Assembly: GCF_006345805.1 (NCBI RefSeq)
Contig: NW_021828251.1
Span: 1-9,040, forward strand
DNA: 9,040 nucleotides
DNA from: Octopus sinensis
Taxonomy: Eukaryota
Direction: 5' to 3'
The notes beneath the pieces were generated by a model. The model did not search any database and was not told the origin of the DNA. It saw only the letters and a list, made by a program, of their open reading frames with translations. Of the stretch, positions 1 to 7,536 are shown piece after piece. The position numbers and the translations under genes were made by a program. Position 1 is the first letter of the stretch. Each line of letters begins with the position of its first letter.

Positions 1-171
1 GTTATTCATATGTGTTTCTTCTATATCACTGCAAACACGTTCGCACGTATTTCAAAATCAAACAGAATCTTCCTTCATATTTTCCAATCCAATTATTCCG
101 AGATAATCTCAGACACAATACCACCACATAAACATACATACGACTGCATGCATTTTTGCTGAAACACGCAT

Positions 172-180
172 AATATATAT

Positions 181-237
<57 letters not shown>

Positions 238-344
238 ATATAATATAATATATATATATATATTATATATATCGATATATATATATATATGTATATATAT
301 ATGCATAGGTGGGTATGTGTCTGTGTCTGTGTTTGTATGTGTAT
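172..344. repeat. (TA)n microsatellite with interruptions, followed by a short degenerate (TG)/(TCTGTG) tract
   Basis: Direct reading: a TATATA run at about 172-302, then tgtgtctgtgtctgtgtttgtatgtgt at about 314-344. Confidence 0.95.
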
Positions 345-480
345 CAAATGTGTCTATGCGTATGTATATGTTTTTGTATAATACTGTTTATGAAATAACA
401 CGATAAACACAGCGATTACAGTTTTAGAGTAGACAGAAAACTTCATAGATACTCACCCTGATATCTACAGTTAGACTCAT

Positions 481-510
481 TATATATACATACATACATA
501 CATACATACA

Positions 511-546
<36 letters not shown>

Positions 547-969
547 TATACATACATACATGTATATATATATACATACATACATATATGTATATGTATA
601 CATACATACACACACATATGCTTGTGCATGTATATGTGTATGGACGAATATTAATATATGCATGTATATATATATTGTATAAGTATATATATGTATATAT
701 TATATATGCATATATATATATATATATAGGCTTGCATGTATACATATATTTATATGAAGCTATATCTATAACATATATCATATATGAGTGTATATTTATT
801 AATATATAACTACATTAATATGTCTTACATGTATATCTAAATATATATTTATAATATAAAATATATATTTATGTATACATACATACATACATACATACAC
901 ACACACACATATATATATATATATTCATACATACTGTAGTTACTAATATATATATATATATGTATACAC

Positions 970-1006
<37 letters not shown>

Positions 1007-1072
1007 TATACATATATATGCATATATGTATATATATATGTACATATGTATATATAAATGTATGCGTGTGTT
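481..1072. repeat. Compound (TACA)n/(TA)n/(CA)n microsatellite field
   Basis: Perfect (TACA)n at about 487-540, more TACA at about 875-896, (CA)n at about 896-909, and interleaved degenerate (TA)n. Confidence 0.95.
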
Positions 1073-1357
1073 TGTCAAAATACTATATTGTAAATCTCCA
1101 GCATCACGAGCGCCACCATTTCTACAGCCGTTTTAGACCCCCCTTCCTTCAACGCTACAGCTTCAAATGTCACCACCACCCTCCCCCCATACCAACAGTG
1201 CACATACCACTATTATTATCGCAACCATTACCATTAATATCATTCGTAGACAATGACTAATATACAAGTACTACTGCCAAAACCTATATTACAAGTATTG
1301 TCCTGTAAAGTCCATAATTACAGGCATCTCTGACACCCCTTAACTTTAGGGTGATAC

Positions 1358-1430
1358 GCCAACACCGTCGCCACAACCACCATCCACCACTACCACTATC
1401 ACCACTACCACCACCGTCCCCACTGCCAAC
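1358..1430. repeat. Degenerate (CCA/CTA)n low-complexity tract
   Basis: ccacaaccaccatccaccactaccactatcaccactaccaccacc. Confidence 0.7.
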
Positions 1431-1729
1431 GGTGACTACGAGGAAGCCTTGCCAATGTAGGAGGGACCACTTGTCGCTCGAGCACCTTGAAATAATTACT
1501 AAAGTCCGTCTGAAATCACACCTTACCGTCTTAAGTAAATCGAATGACGCGTGAAAGAACCTTGTTTGATATATCGCGTCTGGGAAAGGGGAAAGGTGTG
1601 AGAGTCACGCCTGGAATTTGAAACGCTCTTCGTTCGTTTTGCCAAAACATGAATATGGGATTAGAGAAAGAAACTAAAGCTAATACTAGAAGAACGAAAT
1701 TATACTAAGACTGTAGATACGCGTAAATG

Positions 1730-1795
1730 CAGGAACGAAATTTGTTCAGGGAATGCAAACCCAGGTCCAAAATGTTTTAGAAATAAGGTCGATAT
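1730..1795 (-). mobile_element. Relic of a hAT-like transposon end, inverted relative to the right end of the 2711-6118 element
   Basis: 1730-1768 matches the reverse complement of 6072-6110 at 33/39 positions without gaps, including a perfect 15-mer TGCAAACCCAGGTCC (1754-1768 vs 6072-6086). Weaker similarity continues to about 1795. The terminal 8 nt (CAGTGGCC) are not recognisable. Confidence 0.8.
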
Positions 1796-1827
1796 TTTTC
1801 AACTTTATCAGAAGAAACACATAAGTA

Positions 1828-1854
1828 ATGATGATGATGATGATGATGATGATG
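1828..1854. repeat. (ATG)9 microsatellite abutting the 5' truncation point of RLE retrotransposon copy 1
   Basis: Nine perfect ATG units at 1828-1854. Confidence 0.95.
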
Positions 1855-1856
1855 AC

Positions 1857-2494
1857 GGTGGACAAAACGGTTAAACCGTATGGCATATAACCAGCCAATG
1901 TAAGCCAATAGCCCACAATGAATATAAGAGACGCTACGACAATATAGCCAGGCTTGTCCATTGGACACTTTACAACAAGTATAGTCTTGACAGAGCAAAA
2001 AATTGGTACGACCACAAACCTGAAGTCATCGTCGAAAACAGAAATGCAAAGAGCCTATGGGATTTTATGATTCAATGGGACCATGAGATTGAAAATACGA
2101 AGCCGCACATATTCCTAATTGAGAAAGAAAACAAACTATGCTGGATCATAGATATAGCATGCCCAGCTGACAACAAGGTATGCGATAAGGAAGAAAGAAA
2201 AGTCGAGAGATATGAGAGGTTAGCTTGGGAATTTAAGCAGTTGTGGTCGATGAAAAAAGGTGGTAGTAGTACCAATAATTGCTGGAGCCCTGGGAATAGT
2301 GAGTAAAAATCTCGAGAAGTACGTGGAACAAATAGGAGGTGCAATAAGGGTGGAGCTCTTGCAGAAAACAGCACTGCTTGGAACCGCTCGAATACTCCGG
2401 AAGGTGCTCGAAAAATAAGAGGTGTTACCTTAGTTTACTGGTAGTGACAGCTGACACCGTAGTACATCTCGAGCGTTAGAAGCTGTGCAAAGGC
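1857..2494 (+). mobile_element. 5'-truncated R4/Dong-like non-LTR retrotransposon, copy 1 (degenerate CCHC zinc knuckle, restriction-like endonuclease and 3' UTR)
   Basis: Translation from 1857: GGQNG*TVWHITSQCKPIAHNEYKRRYDNIARLVHWTLYNKY...WYDHKPEVIVENRNAKSLWDFMIQWDHEIENTKPHIFLIEKENKLCWIIDIACPADNKVCDKEERKVERYERLAWEFKQLWSMKK. After a +1 frameshift in the A-run at 2253-2258 it continues VVVVPIIAGALGIVSKNLEKYVEQIGGAIRVELLQKTALLGTARILRKVLEK* (stop 2416-2418). These are decayed versions of the CxxC...H...C, RHD, RPD...D, KxxKY and GALG motifs of RLE non-LTR elements. A 76-nt 3' UTR follows, then (AAT)n, the known target type of Dong elements. Confidence 0.92.
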
Positions 2495-2558
<64 letters not shown>

Positions 2559-2565
2559 TAATAAT
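2495..2565. repeat. (AAT)n microsatellite; tail/target between the two RLE retrotransposons
   Basis: 21 perfect AAT units at 2495-2557 plus a short imperfect extension. Confidence 0.97.
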
Positions 2566-2710
2566 AGCATGCCCCGGTAGCAACAGGATGAATGTGAAAG
2601 AAGAAGACAAAATAAACAACAATGACGATTTAAAGTGGGAAATACGGAAGTTGTGGTCAATGAGGAGAGTAGATGTGATACCAATAGTAATTGGTGCACT
2701 TGGAAATATC
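2564..2710 (+). mobile_element. 5'-truncated R4/Dong-like retrotransposon, copy 2, left part (a different family from copy 1)
   Basis: IACPGSNRMNVKEEDKINNNDDLKWEIRKLWSMRRVDVIPIVIGALG aligns without gaps to copy 1 (24/47 identical). Homology stops abruptly at 2710 and resumes at 6119. Confidence 0.9.
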
Positions 2711-3344
2711 CAAAGGGCCCGGGAACAGGGGGTGCAGCGGGTGCACCTGCACCCCTTTGAATTTTCAGGTGGTGCAAGATCAAAATAGTGTCTAAAAAAT
2801 TATCTGTATAAGATGCTTGAAGCTAGATTTCGTTTCAAAGCAAAAACAAAGAACTAAAATAAATAAATAAAAGTGATGAAGCTGGGCTTAAAATTCCCAA
2901 GGGAATTTATGACTAACCAACTTCTGAAGCAAAGTAGCGTCAAAATAAAAAGTATGTGACAACAACAACAGTAGCAGCAAACAACAAGAACAACAACATG
3001 ACCAGCATCTAAGGCTACTCTTCAATACATAGCATTACTTGGATTCTTGAAGGCAGCTCGACAAAAATAACTCCAAAATTTTGCAATGCTGAAAATGTGT
3101 GAAGGTTCTCTTGTCTTCTCTCAGTCTGTCTCTCAAGTTCTTTGTAGTTGATGTCGCTAAAGACTGACGACATGGTTGAATGGATTCGACTGTTTGACCT
3201 CAGCCTAAAAATAAAAGCCCATTAAAAATTCTTTCAGTCATATCGGTTTTCTCATTTAGGTTGTTAGGTCTAAAGTTTGACAAGGGAACAAAATGATTTA
3301 TTTTTATCTTTGATATTTTATGCTCATTATTCGAAATACTAGTC

Positions 3345-3470
3345 CAGTTTAATAAAAAAAGATTTTGAAAGGAAACATTTAACTATAAATGATTGCAGAC
3401 CAACCCCGAAATTACCTAATTTGCAAAGAAATGTACTTGACAATTTCAGACTAATTTATCTAAAAAGGAA
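3345..3470 (+). pseudogene. Possible N-terminal relic of a hAT-Tip100/ZMYM1-like transposase (region leading into the TTF zinc finger)
   Basis: 3361-3426 reads DFERKHLTINDCRPTPKLPNLQ. A shifted frame at 3429-3470 reads KCT*QFQTNLSKKE. This resembles, from recall, the F-E-x-K...GRPTP-x-L...R-x-F pattern that precedes the TTF finger. The match is short and frameshifted. Confidence 0.5.
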
Positions 3471-3484
3471 ATGATATTGAAAGC

Positions 3485-3820
3485 ATTACCTACCGTCATC
3501 CTGACGCGGTTAACCACGAAGATCACTTCAGGGGTGCTTTTTTTACTCACAAGTCTAACCCTAGCTGAGGCCAGCACACAGGCTAATATGCTTTTAACAG
3601 AGGTCTTTAATTTTACTAATCTTAGCTGGTCCGAGGATTATATCCAGCCTGGAACCAAGCAACTGGTGTGGAGGGATATGAACGCTTTCCTCAATACAAC
3701 AAAAGACTTTCCCATACAACAAATTATTACCTGTCCAATTAGGGGAAAATAGCATACTCGACTTTGTTTTTATTCACAATGTTCATGTCATTCCCACAGC
3801 TATTTCCAACCAAAAGCGTA
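3485..3820 (+). mobile_element. Decayed apurinic-like endonuclease (APE) fragment of a CR1-group LINE ORF2
   Basis: ITYRHPDA (3485-3508; cf. YRPP); MLLTEVFNFTNLSW (cf. GDFNxPxIxW); FLNTTKDFPIQQIITCPIRG, frameshift, NSILDFVFIHN (cf. QxVxxPTRGxxILDLVFTN); PTAISNQ (cf. SDH). Motif order and spacing fit, but catalytic residues are lost. Confidence 0.8.
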
Positions 3821-3849
3821 ATACAATTATCTGTATATGGTACAAAGAA

Positions 3850-4830
3850 ATATCCGACTCGCAGCATGGATTTCTATCCTGAAGATCTTGCCTAACAAAT
3901 CTTCTCCTTCTTGAAGAATGGATTACAAGGACCATGGATGAAAAATACTTGCTGGACGTGGTATTTTTGGACTTTGCAAAGGCATTTGACTCCGTTAATC
4001 ACTGACTTCTCACGCGCAAACTTCGAGCATTCAAGATTCATCCATTGTTGACTTTGTGTATTTCTTCCTTCCTGAGCTATCGAACCTTTTGGGTGCAGAT
4101 AAATGGAGATCTCTCAGCGGAGACGAATGCATGCAGCGGCGTTCCCCAGGGGTCGGTGCTGGGGCCAATATTTTTCCTTCTCTATATCAACGACCTGTCA
4201 GATTTTCTTGATGGAAGAGTTCTCCTATTTGCAGACGACGTCAAACTTGTCTCATCTAGGGATCAATACGACATACTCCAATTATCGCTGAACCGAGCTT
4301 GGAATTGGGCGGAAGAATGGAATCTGAACTTGAACGCCTCAAAATGCACCCATTTGCCCATAGGTTCACCTCCAAACTCTCCCTTGACTATTGGCCACAA
4401 ACATCAACATCTTAAGATGGTCACTGAAGAAAAGGATCTCAGCATAATGATCGATACTACTTTCAAACTACCACGGCAGGGTATCGAGGCGGCGAACAAA
4501 GCCAGAAGGAATCTTTTCTTCATCCACCGATCCTTTGCTAACCTTTCAATGGACGTCTTTTGGCATGTATATGTCACTCTAGTTCGACCCATCCTCGAAT
4601 ATTACATCCATACCTCAAACCCATATCTCCAGAAAGACATTCAGCACCTGGAATGGGTTCAGCACTTGGCCACCCGAATGGGCGCGGGCTTGTCTAAGCT
4701 TGCGTAAGAGGAACATCTCCGACGGCTGGCATTGCCTTCACTCAAACGACGGAGGATGCAGGGAGATCTCATCCGACTTTCAACATCTTCAACGGACATG
4801 TAAGCCTACCATTTGCGAAGATTTTCACCC
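3850..4830 (+). mobile_element. CR1-group LINE reverse transcriptase relic (includes ORF 4045-4707)
   Basis: One frame from 3850: ISDSQHGFLS*RSCLTNLL...DVVFLDFAKAFDSVNH*LL...SGVPQGSVLGPIFFLLYINDL...LLFADDVKL...LNASKC...EKDLSIMID...YVTLVRPILEY...LEWVQHLATRM...LA*EEHLRRLALPSLKRRRMQGDLI. Stops at 3880, 4003 and 4705. Homology is cut off at about 4830 by the minisatellite; there is no 3' UTR or tail. Confidence 0.95.
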
Positions 4831-5456
4831 GAGGTTTTCTAAATTCCGGAAAGTTTGGTCGAAAATTTCCTGGAAAGTTTGATCGAAAACCTCCTGGAAA
4901 GTTCCGAGAATTCTCTAAATTCAGGAAAGTTTGGTCGAAAACCTCCCGGAAAGTTCCGAGGATGTTCTAAATTCCGGAAAGTTTGGTCGAAAACGTCAAG
5001 TATAGTTCCAAGGTTTTCTAAATTCCGGAAAGTTTGGTCGAAAACTCCCTGGAAAGTTCTGAGGAGTTTCTAACTCCCGGAAAGTTTGGTCGATTTTTTT
5101 GGAAAGTTCAAAGGATTTTGTAACTCCGGAAAGTTTGGTCGAAAACCTCCTGGAAAGTTCCTAGGATTTTCTAAATTCAGGAATGTTTGGTCGAAAACTT
5201 CCTGGAAAGTTCCGAGGATTTTATAACTCCCGGATAGTTTGGTCGAAAACTCATGGAAAGTTCCGGGGATTGTTTAAATTCCGTAAAGTTTGGTCGAAAA
5301 CCTCTTGGAAAGTTCCTAGGATTTTGTAACTCCCGGAAGGTTTGGCCGAAAACTTCATGGAAACTTCCGAGGATTTCGTAACTCACGGAAAGTTTGGTTG
5401 AAAACTTCCTGGAAACGTCCGAGGATTTTGTAACTCCCGGAAAGTTTGGTCGAAAA
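4829..5456. repeat. 52-bp minisatellite, about 12 units; consensus approx. CCGAGGATTTT(C/G)TAA(A/C)T(T/C)CCGGAAAGTTTGGTCGAAAAC(C/T)TCCTGGAAAGTT
   Basis: The core GGAAAGTTTGGTCGAAAA, with variants, starts at 4848, 4872, 4924, 4976, 5027, 5079, 5128, 5180, 5232, 5283, 5335, 5387 and 5439. Spacing is mostly 51-52, with one 49 and one 24-bp half-unit duplication. Confidence 0.97.
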
Positions 5457-5488
5457 TATACTTCACATTATTATATATACTATTCATT

Positions 5489-5994
5489 AATGCAAAAATT
5501 ATTGTGTTTATTGGCTATCTTCAAAATGATCACACCATCAATGGAAAATTTTAATATCAACTTCCTAAGGCAGTTATGAAAGGCTATCAAGACCAAACAC
5601 CCAGAAAAACGGATGACTGGGGTCTTGTTTCATTATGACAATGCTTCAGCACACAAGTCCTTGGTTTCAATGGCTGCTGTATGTGACTGGTTTTGAACTG
5701 GTTGATCATGCTCTCTATGTTAGTGGTTTGGTTCCTTCTGGTTATCATCTGTTTCCCAACATAGAAAAATACTCAGCTGAGCACCTGTATCACTATGATG
5801 AGAACATCTTATCCGTTGTTGATGACCATTTTGATCAACAGAAAATCTTCTTTACCAGTGCGACCCAAGCACTGCAACTACTAATGGAAGTGTGTGGACA
5901 GTAAGAGGAACTATGTCAGAAAGTGAACTTCATTTGGTCACATTCCATTCAGAGTGTCTTGCTCAGATTATGAACATTTCAGCCGACCCTCATA
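5489..5994 (+). mobile_element. 3' half of a decayed mariner (Tc1/mariner, DD34D-type) transposon with its right TIR
   Basis: Across frameshifts: NAKIIVFIGYLQNDHTING...LRQL*KAIKTKHPEKRMTGVLFHYDNASAHKSLVSMAAVCD/GFELVDHALYVSGLVPSGYHLFPNIEK...KCVDSKRNYVRK* (stop 5924-5926). Compare the mariner motifs HxDNAxxH, HPPYSPDLAPSDYxLF and GxYVE. The element ends ...TTTCAGCCGACCCTCA-TA (5993-5994), like the ...CCCTCG-TA terminus of many mariners. No 5' half or left TIR is visible. Confidence 0.92.
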
Positions 5995-6118
5995 ATAATA
6001 AAAATTATTATACCTGCATTTGTTTTAATGTTAACATTGGAAAAATCCACATTTTTCATTAAAACAAATTAGGACCTGGGTTTGCACCCCCTTAGCAAAT
6101 TTTGTTGCTGGGCCACTG

Positions 6119-6336
6119 GAAGTATCAGCACTCAACTACCAACATGGCTGAATATGATCGGTGCAAGTGTGAAGGAGGAACATCTTCAGAAATCAGCATT
6201 GTTTTGGAACTTGCAAGAATTCTTCGCAGGGGTCTTGAAGCATAACCGGTAAAGCAAGTGACACATTAGTCTGCTGGCTGTGGAAAGCTGACACTTTCCT
6301 TCATACCCAGCAAAATAAGCTGTGATTTTTCATCAC

Positions 6337-6337
<1 letters not shown>
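6119..6337 (+). mobile_element. R4/Dong-like copy 2, right part (ORF end and 3' UTR)
   Basis: SISTQLPTWLNMIGASVKEEHLQKSAL, then small indels, then GT/ARILRRGLEA* (stop 6243-6245). This is collinear with the end of copy 1 (LQKTALLGTARILRKVLEK*). The 3' UTR shares TTAGT, CTGG, AGCTGACAC and AAGCTGTG blocks with copy 1 and is followed by (TAA)n. Confidence 0.92.
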
Positions 6338-6373
<36 letters not shown>

Positions 6374-6437
6374 TAATTAATAATAATAATAATAATAATA
6401 ATTGATAATAATAACAATAATAATAATAATAATAATA

Positions 6438-6471
<34 letters not shown>
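6338..6471. repeat. (TAA)n microsatellite, tail/target of copy 2
   Basis: Direct reading; a few interruptions. Confidence 0.97.
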
Positions 6472-6472
<1 letters not shown>

Positions 6473-6643
6473 GTGATGATGATGATGGTGGTAGTGATGG
6501 TGGTGGTGGTGATGATGATGACGATGATGATGATGATGATTATGATGATGATGATGATTATGATGATGACGATGATGATATGATGATGATGGTGATGATG
6601 ATGATGATGATGATGATGATTATGATGATAATTATGATGATGG

Positions 6644-6688
<45 letters not shown>

Positions 6689-6689
6689 C

Positions 6690-6743
<54 letters not shown>

Positions 6744-6810
6744 GATGATGATGATGATATGATGATGGTGATGATAACGACGCCAACGACGATGATGATA
6801 AGGATAAGGT
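6472..6810. repeat. (TGA)n microsatellite with TGG/TTA/CGA variants and a decayed right edge
   Basis: Direct reading. Confidence 0.95.
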
Positions 6811-6894
6811 TAAGGATTTGAAGTAATAAGAAGAGATAAAAAAAAACGAAAGAAGTTCAATCTCATTTCTTCTAAATGAAAATTCAACTTCCAA

Positions 6895-7000
6895 CTTCTT
6901 TTTCCTTTTTTTTTTTTTCTGTTCTCTTTTTTTTTTACTATTTTTTCTCCCTTTTCCCTCTTATTTTTTCCTTCCTTCTTTTTCTATTTTAATTTCCTTT
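6895..7000. repeat. T-rich polypyrimidine low-complexity tract
   Basis: Runs of T with C interruptions, e.g. ttttccttttttttttttttctgttctctttttttttt. Confidence 0.8.
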
Positions 7001-7137
7001 CAGCTCCTTATTTTAGCCTTTGTTCTATGATAAGCAGCCAAGTCGATAAACTGTGCGTATATTTTTAGTAAATCTAAATTTGTCGCGTTATTTCATTAGC
7101 ATCTTGCAGTTATTATCATAACCGTTAGTATTTTTCC

Positions 7138-7271
7138 AGCAGCAGTGGCAGCAGTGGCAGTAGCAGCAGTAGCGTCGTCGTCGTTATCATCTCCGTCTTC
7201 ATCATCATCACCATCGTAATCATCACCAAGTTAGGTGTCGTCGTCATCGTCATCATCATCGTCATCGTCGC

Positions 7272-7302
<31 letters not shown>

Positions 7303-7447
7303 GTCACCCATCATCATCCTCGTCATAGTCATCATCATCATCATCACCCTCATCCTCATCGTCGTCATCGTCGTGTCTTCGTCGTCGTCATCATCATCGT
7401 CACCCATCATCATCATCATCATCATCATCGTCATCATCATCGTCACC

Positions 7448-7484
<37 letters not shown>

Positions 7485-7502
7485 GTCGTGTCTTCGTCGT
7501 CG

Positions 7503-7536
<34 letters not shown>

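Larger units (their letters stand above)
2711..6118 (+). mobile_element. Non-autonomous hAT-superfamily-like DNA transposon (probably Tip100-type), 3408 bp, with a composite interior
   Basis: 8-bp TSD: GAAATATC (2703-2710) and GAAGTATC (6119-6126), 7/8 identical. Imperfect TIRs: left CAAAGGGCCCGGGAACA vs right reverse complement CAGTGGCCCAGCAACA (12/16 with one gap). GGGGGTGCA/TGCACCCC subterminal motifs occur at both ends. Removing the element and one TSD restores the host frame (GALG-S/N-I-STQLPTW). An 8-bp TSD with short CA(G)-starting TIRs is typical of hAT. Confidence 0.88.

Noticed and set aside
93-1078. Ile/Tyr/Cys/Val/Met-rich ORFs on both strands
   Set aside because: They are translations of (TA)n and (TACA)n microsatellites, which lack stops in some frames; no coding complexity.
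1018-1554. His/Pro-rich ORFs 1018-1260 and 1351-1554
   Set aside because: Derived from degenerate (CCA)n low-complexity DNA; no recognisable domain.
1440-1640. Possible decayed SINE-like fragment; AATCACACC is shared with about 8114-8122, and 8045-8110 also looks vaguely SINE-like
   Set aside because: The impression is from recall only; the shared match is too short and no A/B boxes, tail or TSD can be shown.
2588-2788. 66-aa ORF as a real gene
   Set aside because: It is a chimera: RLE retrotransposon relic up to 2710, reading through into the hAT left terminus.
3847-3855. GAAATATCC at the start of the RT relic, identical to 2703-2711, as an alternative TSD
   Set aside because: The host retrotransposon does not resume here and there is no TIR; the in-frame resumption is at 6119. 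Probably chance.
4045-4707. 220-aa RT ORF as a functional or domesticated reverse transcriptase (retron/DGR-like system with the adjacent repeat array)
   Set aside because: The motifs are CR1 LINE type. The ORF is merely the interval between premature stops (4003, 4705), starts at TTG and lacks the upstream RT motifs.
4829-5456. CRISPR-like array, or repeat-protein ORFs (4855-5073, 5177-5386)
   Set aside because: The sequences between cores are homologous to each other rather than unique spacers, no cas genes are present, and the context is eukaryotic. The 52-bp unit is not a multiple of three.
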